Assembly (NCBI GenBank): GCA_041661385.1
Contig: JBAZUP010000001.1
Location: 289,709-353,708 of the forward strand
Length of the DNA stretch: 64,000 nt
Origin: Patescibacteria group bacterium
Lineage (GTDB): Bacteria > Patescibacteriota > Patescibacteriia > Magasanikbacterales > GWA2-37-8
Reading direction: 5' to 3'
Shown: positions 20,569-29,005 of the stretch, in pieces
How positions within the stretch are numbered: the first letter of the stretch is position 1
Layout: each line of letters starts with the position of its first letter
Made by a program: the position numbers and the translations under genes
The notes under the pieces: model-generated
The model's database searches: none
What the model was told of the DNA's origin: nothing
What the model saw: only the letters and a program-made list of their open reading frames with translations

Positions 20569-21354
20569 CTAGAAGAAGCCACCGGTGACTGTCTCCAGCT
20601 TGTCGTTCGTCCAGGTCTGGAAAGGCCGGGACGGACTGGCATGCTGCCAACCGGTATAGGTACCGGTGGTACCATTCGGCACCGTGAAGGAGCCGGAGGC
20701 TTCAGGACAGCAGATCTGCGAATTCGCAGACACCGACTGACTGTCGACGTTCTTCTTGCCGGCGATGAACTGGTCCCAGCAAGTGAAGACGCTGTTCGTC
20801 GTGGGCGTGGCGCAAAGGATGTACTGCGCCGTTCCGACAACGCAAACGTTGTCGATGCACACGTGACCAGACGTGCAATCCGGGGTGCAGAAGTTTCGAG
20901 CGTAACACACGCCCGAGACGCAGTTCTGGCCCGTGGGACACGGGTTCGAGCTGCTGCACACGTTGTTGTTCGGAGGCGTGGTGCCCGGAGTCTTGCAGAC
21001 TCCGCTGTCGCAGACCAGATTCTTGGTCCCGTCGCAGTCGGCGCTGAAGACGCACTTCTTCCCGACCTCGCAGAGGTTGGGAGGCTCTGCCATCCGGCAA
21101 GACCATCCGCAGTCGACATCCGACTCCGAATAGTCCTGAACGCCGTTGTTGCATCGGGCGACGTCCCAGGTGGTGCAGATGCCCTTCAGCTCCCGCTCGT
21201 TGCCGCAGACCAGGCCGTCGGCGCACTCGTTGCTGTTCAGGGCGCAGGAATCGTGGAACTTCTTCTTCCCGTGCTCGTAGTCCTTCCCGCAGCCGGGGAG
21301 GAGGGTGAACATCGCCACGATGGCGATGGTGAACAACTGCGCGAACTTCTTCAT
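20569..21354 (-). CDS. cysteine-rich secreted lipoprotein (high-GC island)
   Basis: Lipobox LLPGC; repeated C-x-D-G-x-C / CxxGxxC units; GC ~62%. Confidence 0.55.
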   Translation of the reverse strand: MKKFAQLFTIAIVAMFTLLPGCGKDYEHGKKKFHDSCALNSNECADGLVCGNERELKGICTTWDVARCNNGVQDYSESDVDCGWSCRMAEPPNLCEVGKKCVFSADCDGTKNLVCDSGVCKTPGTTPPNNNVCSSSNPCPTGQNCVSGVCYARNFCTPDCTSGHVCIDNVCVVGTAQYILCATPTTNSVFTCWDQFIAGKKNVDSQSVSANSQICCPEASGSFTVPNGTTGTYTGWQHASPSRPFQTWTNDKLETVTGGFF

Positions 21355-21545
21355 GATCGCTCCTTCTCTCCCCTTTAACGGGTGAGATTTTTCCGAGCTT
21401 CCATTATGAAAACCCGGTAATTCTTTTTCCTATCTGAAAATAAATTTCTTTATTCCCAGAAGTGGAGGTCCTTGCGCCTCTTGACGCAAGGACCGATCCG
21501 ATCGATCTTTTAACGCTCGAAAGCGTTAGAAAATACGATTTTGCC

Positions 21546-22607
21546 CTATCGGGACAGGGCAACGTCCGCGGCATTGAAGCCGATTCGGACAATGAAGCTG
21601 CTTCCTGGTGACAGGTATCCGTCCTTCGGGCCCAAATTGTGGGCCCACTCTCCCTCGGCGACGAAAGCGCCGAACTTCAAACGGAGAGTTGCTCCCGGCA
21701 TGCTGGCCGTGAGCTTGTCCATCTCCCATCTTCCGATGCGAGTGAACGACGGACCAATGCCCATCTGAAACTCCCGATCAAGAGCGTTCACGAAGTTGAA
21801 GAGGATCTTCCCCTTCGCTTCGGCTCTGAAGAGCGGGCTGAAATTGCCGAGAGTAAGACGGTCGTGATAAATGACCGCCCCACCACCGGCAATGCCGATG
21901 AGCAACCGATCCCCGAGGATCGGAGGTGAATAGTTCAGCTGAACATCTCCGAGGACAGCGCCATCGGTAATCCATCCCAGCCCGAAGCCGAGCTCGAGAT
22001 AGTTTGACCGCTTCGTGACGATCACCGGAGGCGGTCGAGTGTCGACCACTTCAAGTGGGCCATAGATCCTGCGGCGGGAGTCTGCTGCGGACGCTTCGTC
22101 CGCGGCCTTCTTCCTTGCTTCCTCTTCCTCGCGGATGCGAGCTTCGGAAGCTGCCTTCTCACGAGCGACGACCTCGGCGACCGCCTTCATGTCGGCTTGC
22201 TGCTTGCGGTAGTCGAGCACAGCATGGCGCGCCTGCTCCGGATCGTTGCAAAGCTCTTCCGGGTATTCATACTGCCGGCAGAACTTCCGATTGATTTCAG
22301 TGCGGCGCTTCTCGTTGTCCTGGTTGACCTTCTTCTTGAGTGCCTTGCGGACGCACTTCGGGTCCGCACAGCACTGCGCGCTGACATGAAGACCACCGAG
22401 GGTCTTCTGGCAGGACTTGAGGGCGACCATGTCCTCGGACTCCGGCGTGAGCTCGACCTGAATCTTGTCGGGCATGTGCCTTCCGACGATCTTGTCGATC
22501 TCGGACTGCGAGAGACTGGTGGGTGCCGGTGCCGCCGACTCGGCCATGACGCTACTCGCGAGCGTCATGAAAACGAAAGCAACTGCGAAGCGAACGATGT
22601 TGTTCAT
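21546..22607 (-). CDS. secreted protein with coiled-coil N-region and beta-rich C-domain (possible OM beta-barrel), hypothetical
   Basis: Signal peptide ...VMAES; Cys pairs; Glu/Arg/Lys coiled segment; C-terminal alternating hydrophobic strands ending in an aromatic-type tail. Confidence 0.45.
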   Translation of the reverse strand: MNNIVRFAVAFVFMTLASSVMAESAAPAPTSLSQSEIDKIVGRHMPDKIQVELTPESEDMVALKSCQKTLGGLHVSAQCCADPKCVRKALKKKVNQDNEKRRTEINRKFCRQYEYPEELCNDPEQARHAVLDYRKQQADMKAVAEVVAREKAASEARIREEEEARKKAADEASAADSRRRIYGPLEVVDTRPPPVIVTKRSNYLELGFGLGWITDGAVLGDVQLNYSPPILGDRLLIGIAGGGAVIYHDRLTLGNFSPLFRAEAKGKILFNFVNALDREFQMGIGPSFTRIGRWEMDKLTASMPGATLRLKFGAFVAEGEWAHNLGPKDGYLSPGSSFIVRIGFNAADVALSR

Positions 22608-22623
22608 CTTTTCTCCTCTCCCT

Positions 22624-23310
22624 TTACGGGGTGGTAGTGGTTTCGGGTTGCTTCTGCTTCGAACCGAGACGATTCTTCAATTCCTCTGCAGAGGTGATCG
22701 CGGTCTTTTCCGAGATCTTGATCTGCTCTGCAAGGCAAGCTGCGTTCCAGGCGTTTCGCTCGAGAGCGAATTCATTCGCCTGATCAGCGATCTTCTTCTT
22801 GAGCTCGGCCGTAGCAAAGCTGGATGCCGCACCCATGTCGGGGAACACAGATCTCCCCATCATGAAAGCAAAGACGGTGCAGATGGTACAGACAACCACC
22901 CAAACCCACGGGAACTTCTTCGGCTTCGCATGATGAGACCGAGATGGCTCGTGATGAAAGTGAGCCGGCTCGTCGTGTGGAACGGCGGAGTGATCCGTAT
23001 GAAAACTGGGCTCTTCCTGATGAGTCGTTGGCACTTCCTCACAAAGAGACGTATTGTAAATAACGACAATATCGTCCCAAGCCTTCAGCGCCTTCTGCTT
23101 CATCACCTTGTGATGGTCCTCGGGAATATGAGGGCGTCGCAGGCTATCGAGCGCCGATGTGAGCTCGTTGAAGTGTTCCAGCATCTCCTGCTGATTGACT
23201 TTTTTCGTGAGGAAATCAAGCACGGACTTGACACTTTCGTGATTGGTTTCAATGCCGATCTCTCGGAGCTGGACCAAAAGCGCTGAAGTATATTCGCCTG
23301 GCTTCATCAT
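22624..23310 (-). CDS. single-pass membrane protein (anti-sigma-factor-like topology), hypothetical
   Basis: Cytoplasmic N-domain, His-rich linker, one TM (WVWVVVCTICTVFAFMMG), periplasmic C-domain. Confidence 0.4.
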   Translation of the reverse strand: MMKPGEYTSALLVQLREIGIETNHESVKSVLDFLTKKVNQQEMLEHFNELTSALDSLRRPHIPEDHHKVMKQKALKAWDDIVVIYNTSLCEEVPTTHQEEPSFHTDHSAVPHDEPAHFHHEPSRSHHAKPKKFPWVWVVVCTICTVFAFMMGRSVFPDMGAASSFATAELKKKIADQANEFALERNAWNAACLAEQIKISEKTAITSAEELKNRLGSKQKQPETTTTP

Positions 23311-23340
23311 TTGCTTTCTCCCTAGTTGGTAAAATGAGCT

Positions 23341-23361
23341 CTGTCCTGTAAAACAGGACAG
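23341..23361. promoter_or_regulatory. perfect 9-bp inverted repeat CTGTCCTGT-aaa-ACAGGACAG upstream of 22624..23310 gene
   Basis: Seen directly; lies 30-50 nt upstream of the minus-strand start codon; candidate operator. Confidence 0.3.
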
Positions 23362-23546
23362 TCCAGATATACTAAACAGATTTCTGGAAAGAAAATCGGC
23401 TCAAAGCTGGTTTTCTTCCCTAAAACCTGTACTAAAGTGGCTTGCCTATCCAAAAATACCTTATCACACAGAACTGCTCAGCTTATCATAAATTAGCGAA
23501 AATGTCAAGAGCTTTTTGCAGTCTTTACTCCTATATAGCACAAACT

Positions 23547-23575
23547 AAAAAACCCGGCCAAATAGACCGGGTTTT
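23547..23575. terminator. bidirectional terminator AAACCCGG-loop-CCGGGTTT
   Basis: 8-bp GC stem, A-run upstream, T-run downstream; follows stop of 23591..24205 gene. Confidence 0.55.
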
Positions 23576-23590
23576 GAGATCAATTTTTGG

Positions 23591-24205
23591 CTAAATTCTG
23601 CCAAAATGTGTGTGTCGACGATATTTAAGAATCCACAAAGCCGAAAGTAAGAAACCAATTACAAATCCGGCCAAAAAATTAGCTACCACATTTGGTCGAT
23701 TTGGAAACATTGAAACTAAAGGATTATCAACCTGTTTTAAAACAACGTCACCGCCAATATATTCCCAACCCCGGCTGGTGAGAGTTTGAACAACGGCATT
23801 ACAAAAATTCTTTACTTCATCAGGTGTAGTCGCATACGTAGTAACTTTAAGCAGACTTGTACCATAAACAGTTTCCGGTTTTACATCCCGCTGCCAATTT
23901 TTTCTTTGCTGACGCTCACTATAATTTTTCCATTTATCTTTATCAAAAGAAACCGCTGTCGATTCCATTACCTTATCATAAAAATCTGTGGTCTTAATAA
24001 CTTCCGCGAGGTTCTCACCGATTCTTTCGGCGGACTTGGCTTGGGTGTAAGGATCAACTCCAGCTCGATCGCGTGAAATAATCAAAACTTGACTTACCGC
24101 GCTGTATTGAAGCGGGAACACAAAAGAAATTGCCCCGGCTAAAACGGCGACAATTACTCCCCACAAAATTAATAAATTTAAATGTTTTCTGAGAACACTA
24201 AACAT
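23591..24205 (-). CDS. polysaccharide chain-length determinant (Wzz/CapA-like) small membrane protein
   Basis: N- and C-terminal TM with periplasmic middle; neighbours O-antigen ligase-like gene. Confidence 0.35.
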   Translation of the reverse strand: MFSVLRKHLNLLILWGVIVAVLAGAISFVFPLQYSAVSQVLIISRDRAGVDPYTQAKSAERIGENLAEVIKTTDFYDKVMESTAVSFDKDKWKNYSERQQRKNWQRDVKPETVYGTSLLKVTTYATTPDEVKNFCNAVVQTLTSRGWEYIGGDVVLKQVDNPLVSMFPNRPNVVANFLAGFVIGFLLSALWILKYRRHTHFGRI

Positions 24206-24216
24206 AAAAAAATAAA

Positions 24217-25308
24217 TTATAATTGCAATATTGGAACCTGATTTTCAATAATATTTCCGTTTCGCCAAATACTTACTCTTACTCGCTGCGCGCCCATATT
24301 ATACCACAAATTTTCCCGGTTGGCGCTGCGGCCATTTATCTCAAGAATTACATCTCCCTTTTGAAAAAATTGCCGATTGCCAACAACTTTTGAAACAATA
24401 AAACCCGAAATTTTTTCTTCGTTTATGATTAATAATTTCTCATCACTATACCAACCTTCCACACCAAGACTCGGATAAATAATCTGCTTTTTATCATCAA
24501 TTCCGTTTAAAAAATAATTTTCATTTACAAGCGACATTACCGCTCCCCCGCCGACAATAAATCCAACCATATTACCCGATGAATCTATCGCAATCGAGCC
24601 GTTTTTAAATGAATCACTAAGGTTGTACAAGTATGTTGAAGCAGTATCTAAGTGGCTGTTTTCTGAACTAGCAACTTGCCCAGATGTCATTGTGCTGTGC
24701 CAGCGGCCCTCTTGATAAACAAACACTTCATCATACTGACTTAGGCCATTATTAAATGTAACTACCCGGAATTGTTGATCAGAAACATTTGAATTTTTAA
24801 TTCGGGGTTGAATTTTTATATATACAAGACCGGTACGCTTATCAAAAAGAGAACTTGTGACAGAATATAACGATCCGTTAGCTCCAACTACAACCCAATC
24901 TTTGGTTCGACCATCAAAGGTCGGAACATACGAAAGCAACCAGCCTGATGTAACACTCATTACACCATCTGTCACCTTGTCGGTTTCAGAAAAATAACTA
25001 ACTTTGCCGACGATCGTCGCTTTTCGATAAATGGAAAAAATTTGATCTTTAATTTTATTTTGAGCCCTAACTTGTAGCTGCTCGCGCGGAATTGACAGAG
25101 AACTATTATTATAAAAATAGCCGTCGTCATTTATAACCAGCGGCCAAATCCAACCCACCAAAACCGCGGCACCGGAAAGCCCTGCCAAAATTCCAAAGGC
25201 CGATGCGGCAATAATAATTTTGAGGCGCTCCCACTGACGATGGCGAGCTAAACTTGATGATGGCGGCGGTAAGTGTGGAGGGAACATAGGATTACTTCCA
25301 GCGAACAA
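24217..25308 (-). CDS. membrane-anchored HtrA-like protein with C-terminal PDZ domain (divergent S1 protease)
   Basis: N-terminal TM; IAIDSSGNMVGFIVGGG resembles trypsin GNSGG region; PDZ-like LGVEGW...GDVILEINGRSA. Confidence 0.4.
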   Translation of the reverse strand: MFAGSNPMFPPHLPPPSSSLARHRQWERLKIIIAASAFGILAGLSGAAVLVGWIWPLVINDDGYFYNNSSLSIPREQLQVRAQNKIKDQIFSIYRKATIVGKVSYFSETDKVTDGVMSVTSGWLLSYVPTFDGRTKDWVVVGANGSLYSVTSSLFDKRTGLVYIKIQPRIKNSNVSDQQFRVVTFNNGLSQYDEVFVYQEGRWHSTMTSGQVASSENSHLDTASTYLYNLSDSFKNGSIAIDSSGNMVGFIVGGGAVMSLVNENYFLNGIDDKKQIIYPSLGVEGWYSDEKLLIINEEKISGFIVSKVVGNRQFFQKGDVILEINGRSANRENLWYNMGAQRVRVSIWRNGNIIENQVPILQL

Positions 25309-26086
25309 TAAATACTAAAAAAATCAACATTAACGATAAATTTGAAACCAGAAAATACTTCTGTTTTGACCAATCAATCCCGGTGGCGGATAAATTAAAT
25401 CGAAATAACAACCAAGTGATATACCAGACCCAGGTCAAAAAAAAGCTACTAACAAAATAACCGATTGGCCATAAAAACACAATACCGCCAATTTCAACTA
25501 GAATCAAAAGCATGACCCCGGCCAATTGGATCATTTTGTTATTTATTTTTTCACCATATTCAGCCCATTCCCAAACACTAATTGCCGTAACAATTATTCC
25601 GGCGAGTAAAATACTCCAAACAACATTTTGTCCATTTATAATTTGAAAAATCGTCAGGGCTGAAACAGAAAGCCAGATGCCAATAATTCCGAAAAGAGAC
25701 ATAAAAAATTTCCAGCGGCGATGTGGCTTTTCCATTATCGACAAACTGTCGGCTCGCGTCGGAATAAGCCAAAAACTCGTGGCAGACATTATTATTGTCA
25801 ATAATTGCGAAATCCAAATATTTGACGGATCACTAAAAACCAAAAATGCTACCGCTCCAATATTACACAAAAATAATGAAATAAAATGTTTGTAACGACT
25901 AATATACGGAGGATAATAAACAAAATTTACTAAACCCGCCCACCAAATAAGTCGTACTGCAAACCAGGCTGCTACCAACCAATAATTGTGAACGCTAGTC
26001 AGCCACCATACCAAAACAAAAGAAAATAGGACATCAAAAATGACAGCCAAGCGTGGATGAATAGAAATTAGTCTTCGATCGGGCAT
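25292..26086 (-). CDS. polytopic membrane protein, hypothetical
   Basis: ~8 TM; overlaps upstream gene by 17 nt (operon). Confidence 0.4.
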   Translation of the reverse strand: MPDRRLISIHPRLAVIFDVLFSFVLVWWLTSVHNYWLVAAWFAVRLIWWAGLVNFVYYPPYISRYKHFISLFLCNIGAVAFLVFSDPSNIWISQLLTIIMSATSFWLIPTRADSLSIMEKPHRRWKFFMSLFGIIGIWLSVSALTIFQIINGQNVVWSILLAGIIVTAISVWEWAEYGEKINNKMIQLAGVMLLILVEIGGIVFLWPIGYFVSSFFLTWVWYITWLLFRFNLSATGIDWSKQKYFLVSNLSLMLIFLVFIVRWK

Positions 26087-26180
26087 ATAATCACAGAAAG
26101 TATAACCCGAAGTAAGAAATAAATAAACCCCCTACCGGGTTTTGCCTTGCTTTTCCGCTAAAATCTGATAAAATAATCCT

Positions 26181-26639
26181 ATGACAAATTTTGCTGAAAA
26201 TAAAAAAGCCCGGTTTGATTATGAAATTCTTGATACTTATCAAGCGGGAATTTCCCTTACTGGACAAGAAGTTAAGTCCGTTCGTGCCGGTCAAATTAGC
26301 CTGACCGGTACTTTTATTACTTTTCATAATGGAAAAGCAATTTTAACCAACGCCCACATCTCGCCTTACAAGTTTGCGGGACCACTCCCCGATTACGAAC
26401 CTACCCGCAGTCGCACCCTCCTCCTACACAAGCGGGAAATCAATTATCTACGCGGTAAATCCGAGGAACAAGGCTTGACAATAGTGCCTCTTCGGGTGTA
26501 TAGTAGTAACCGTCTTATAAAGCTAGAAATAGCAGTAGCTCGCGGAAAGCACCGTTTTGACAAGAGAGAAACGATAAAAAAACGTGATTTAAACCGAGAG
26601 CTAAAAAAAGATTCAAAATACGGGAGTGACCGGCTTTGA
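26181..26639 (+). CDS. smpB: SsrA-binding protein SmpB
   Basis: ARFDYEILDTYQAGISLTGQEVKSVRAG N-terminus and basic C-tail. Confidence 0.9.
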   Translation: MTNFAENKKARFDYEILDTYQAGISLTGQEVKSVRAGQISLTGTFITFHNGKAILTNAHISPYKFAGPLPDYEPTRSRTLLLHKREINYLRGKSEEQGLTIVPLRVYSSNRLIKLEIAVARGKHRFDKRETIKKRDLNRELKKDSKYGSDRL

Positions 26640-27011
26640 CAGGGAACGTTTAATTCACTTGCCTACCGAGGTGGCCTCCATAGCCTCGTAAATACCTGGG
26701 GGCGACATAATAAGTGCAAACTTGTTATCAAAAGTAAAGGCATCTGTAGCTAACGCTTTCAGCACCTTTGCTCCGGCAATGGCCTAAGGGCCGTCGCCCA
26801 TCATCCGCGCCGGGACCCGACCAGTGCGAAATGGTGTCACTATCCGGGTGTAGTCTATTAGCGGCGGAATGACCGCTAACTGACGAAATACTTCAAACTA
26901 ACCTGTTTCACTTTCGCTTTCTTACGAGAGACAGGCGAAACAACAAGAAAGCTATGTAGGTAGATGGTGCGTTAAGCATCTTCTGGACGCGAGTTCAATT
27001 CTCGCCACTTC
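26622..27011 (+). ncRNA. ssrA: tmRNA (ssrA), 5' end overlapping last ~18 nt of smpB
   Basis: 5' GGGAGUGACCGGCUUUGACAGGGA matches tmRNA consensus GGGGNUG....GGNUUCGACGGG; 3' T-arm GCGAG-TTCAATT-CTCGC then CACTTCC+A pairs 7/7 (one GU) with 5' GGGAGTG; candidate tag ORF ending ...APAMA-TAA at 26786. Confidence 0.7.
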
Positions 27012-27024
27012 CACAAGAAAAATT

Positions 27025-27570
27025 ATGCGTATATCACGCGGTAGAAAAAAAGAAGAATCAAAAAAAGTTTATGCGATCAATGAGGAAATTACCGCCCCAG
27101 AACTTTTGGTTTTAGGAACCGAGGGTAACAATTTTGGCATCATGACAACCGGCAAGGCTCTCCTCTTAGCCAGGGAGCAAGGCTTGGATTTAGTAGAAAT
27201 AAACCCGATCACCAATCCGCCTGTTGCCAAAATCATTGACTTCGGTCAATTCCGTTACAACCAAGAAAAAGAAGCCCGTCTACAAAAAGCACATCAGCAT
27301 ATTGTAGAATTAAAAGGCGTACGTATTTCATTACGCATCGGCGAACATGATCTGGAAATCAGAAAAAACCAAGCGCTTAAATTTTTAAATGATGGTAATA
27401 AAGCCAAAATTGAAATAATTATGCGCGGACGAGAAATGCAACAAGGCGCGAGAGCCACTGAAATGCTAAAATTATTTGTAAAAAAAGTCGGTGAAGTTGT
27501 GCCAATTCGTTGGGAACAAGATGTCGAACGACAAGGTAACAAAGTAACTGCAATTATTGCGAAATCTTAA
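27025..27570 (+). CDS. infC: translation initiation factor IF-3
   Basis: INEEITAPELLVLGTEG..., C-domain VKKVGEV; true start may be non-ATG. Confidence 0.9.
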   Translation: MRISRGRKKEESKKVYAINEEITAPELLVLGTEGNNFGIMTTGKALLLAREQGLDLVEINPITNPPVAKIIDFGQFRYNQEKEARLQKAHQHIVELKGVRISLRIGEHDLEIRKNQALKFLNDGNKAKIEIIMRGREMQQGARATEMLKLFVKKVGEVVPIRWEQDVERQGNKVTAIIAKS

Positions 27571-27578
27571 TTAATTTT

Positions 27579-27776
27579 ATGCCAAAACTAAAAACACACA
27601 AAGCAACAGCAAAAAGATTTATAAAAACTAAGACCGGAAAAATCATCAAGCGCATGGGCGGACAAAATCATTTTAACGCCAAAGAAACCGGCAATGTCGG
27701 CCGCAACAAAAAATCTGACGTTGTAATGAGTACCGCTTGGAACAGAATTATGAACCGAAATTTACCTAACAACTAA
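27579..27776 (+). CDS. rpmI: 50S ribosomal protein L35
   Basis: MPKLKTHKATAKRFIKTKTGKI. Confidence 0.9.
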   Translation: MPKLKTHKATAKRFIKTKTGKIIKRMGGQNHFNAKETGNVGRNKKSDVVMSTAWNRIMNRNLPNN

Positions 27777-27781
27777 TCACT

Positions 27782-28129
27782 ATGACACGTATCAAAGGTG
27801 GCAAACTCCATGCCAAACGTAGACGCGGTATATTAAAACACACTCGTGGCTACAAATGGGGACGTAAATCTAAAATCAAAGTTGCGAAGACCGCCAAGAT
27901 GAAAGCCGGAGCGTACGCCTTCGCCGGCCGTCGCGCCAAAAAGCGCATTAACCGTGGCCTCTGGCAAATTCGTATCAACGCCGCTGTTCGCCAATATGAA
28001 ATCAGTTACAGTCGTCTAATGGGCCTTTTAAAAGCCAAAAAGATTGATCTTGACCGTAAAGTATTGTCTCAAATCGCTCGCGAACACCCGGCCATTTTCA
28101 AGAAAATTGTCGATTCGGCCAAGGCTTAA
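27782..28129 (+). CDS. rplT: 50S ribosomal protein L20
   Basis: MTRIKGGKLHAKRRRGILK... Confidence 0.95.
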   Translation: MTRIKGGKLHAKRRRGILKHTRGYKWGRKSKIKVAKTAKMKAGAYAFAGRRAKKRINRGLWQIRINAAVRQYEISYSRLMGLLKAKKIDLDRKVLSQIAREHPAIFKKIVDSAKA

Positions 28130-28158
28130 TTATCCACATTTTTAGCACTTGACGACCG

Positions 28159-28187
28159 TTGACATTTGGTCCGAAATCTGGTTAAAT
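28159..28187 (+). promoter_or_regulatory. sigma70-like promoter TTGACA-17-TTAAAT
   Basis: Exact -35 and 17-nt spacer, -10 4/6; second TTGAC 8 nt upstream. Confidence 0.4.
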
Positions 28188-28194
28188 AACGACA

Positions 28195-28294
28195 TTAAAA
28201 TAAGGGCTCTGAAAGTGTTTGGCACGTGGATGAAGCGCCCCCTCCTTCGCTTCATTCCTACTGTCAGACACTTCTAGAGCCCTTTTTGTTTTCG
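28195..28294 (+). ncRNA. candidate structured small RNA (promoter-to-terminator unit, unknown family)
   Basis: Outer stem AAGGGCTCTGAAAGTG/CACTTCTAGAGCCCTT, inner stem GGATGAAGCG/CGCTTCATTCC around a CCCCCTCC loop, then TTTTTGTTTT. Confidence 0.3.
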
Positions 28295-28296
28295 CA

Positions 28297-28325
28297 TTGA
28301 CAATCGCCTTTTTTTTAGATATAAT
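28297..28325 (+). promoter_or_regulatory. consensus sigma70 promoter TTGACA-17-TATAAT for tRNA-Asp
   Basis: Perfect hexamers, 17-nt spacer, 18 nt before tRNA 5' end. Confidence 0.6.
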
Positions 28326-28343
28326 CTTTGCACAATTCACCTG

Positions 28344-28419
28344 GGTCGGTAGTTCAACTGGTTAGAGCACTGCCCTGTCACGGCAGAAGTTGCGGGTTCG
28401 AGTCCCGTCCGACCCGCCA
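28344..28419 (+). tRNA. tRNA-Asp (GTC), CCA encoded
   Basis: Cloverleaf folded by hand: acceptor GGGTCGG/CCGACCC, anticodon loop CTGTCAC, T-loop TTCGAGT. Confidence 0.9.
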
Positions 28420-28428
28420 GGGAGTTTC

Positions 28429-28455
28429 GCATAAAAAGTAGTTCGCAAGAACTGC
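28429..28455 (+). terminator. terminator GTAGTTC-GCAA-GAACTGC + T6
   Basis: 7-bp stem (one GU), GNRA-like loop, TTTTTT. Confidence 0.5.
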
Positions 28456-28477
28456 TTTTTTGTTGTGCAAAAAAGCA

Positions 28478-28506
28478 TTGACGAAATGGCAATTTTATGA
28501 TAATAT
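28478..28506 (+). promoter_or_regulatory. promoter TTGACG-17-TAATAT
   Basis: Upstream of GC-rich ORF; RBS AAGGAG at 28589-28594. Confidence 0.45.
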
Positions 28507-28601
28507 TTTTTGTTCTATTCGGATGAATAGACGGTCCCTTCATAGGATGACAGGGTCAATATCCTACCCTTTTAAAGGATACAAAACCAAGGAGTTGCCG
28601 G

Positions 28602-28877
28602 ATGGCTACTCAAGTGAACATCGTCGACGGACCGTCGAAGTTTGACCTCATGCTCGCGCTGTTCGAGAACAGAACGAGACCTCCAAAGACGCTCTACTTT
28701 CGCTGTCAGCGCGATGACAAGATGAAGACCTTCCTTCTGTCGGTCAACATCACCTCGCTGACGCGCGAAGATGCCAGCGCCGAAAGCTGGAAGTTCGAAG
28801 GCTGTTTCACCAGCACCCAGAGGCCCGTCTCGGGCCAGTTCCGCACCGACACCCGCAAGGGCTACGTGCTAATCTAA
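28602..28877 (+). CDS. hypothetical protein, compositionally foreign (GC ~57%)
   Basis: ORF with strong RBS and own promoter/terminator; GC much higher than flanks; next to tRNA-Asp. Confidence 0.5.
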   Translation: MATQVNIVDGPSKFDLMLALFENRTRPPKTLYFRCQRDDKMKTFLLSVNITSLTREDASAESWKFEGCFTSTQRPVSGQFRTDTRKGYVLI

Positions 28878-28890
28878 CCCAACAGGTTTG

Positions 28891-28911
28891 CCAGTTGTCC
28901 TAAACAACTGG
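28891..28911 (+). terminator. hairpin CCAGTTGT-cctaa-ACAACTGG
   Basis: Perfect 8-bp stem; weak T tract. Confidence 0.4.
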
Positions 28912-29005
28912 CTTTGTATTTATAATCAATAAAAAGTTAATCACCTTTTACTATTTGCAAAAAAAATTAGATGAACTACGATAGAAGTATACCTACTAAA
29001 ACCAT

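Noticed and set aside
19908-21378. Numerous long ORFs on both strands inside the high-GC island (e.g. 20563..21378 +, 20559..21119 -, 20702..21226 -, 19908..20372 -, 19705..20082 -)
   Set aside because: High GC suppresses stop codons in all frames. These overlap the cysteine-rich lipoprotein genes, which have signal peptides, lipoboxes and repeat structure. The Arg/Ala/Pro-rich translations are typical shadow ORFs.
26698-26786. Long 23-codon tmRNA tag frame starting at GCA AAC TTG...
   Set aside because: Too long and un-taglike at its start. A shorter resume (e.g. ANAFSTFAPAMA) is more plausible but unresolved without covariance-model alignment.
28337-28543. 68-aa minus-strand ORF
   Set aside because: Lies on top of tRNA-Asp and its promoter and terminator; spurious.
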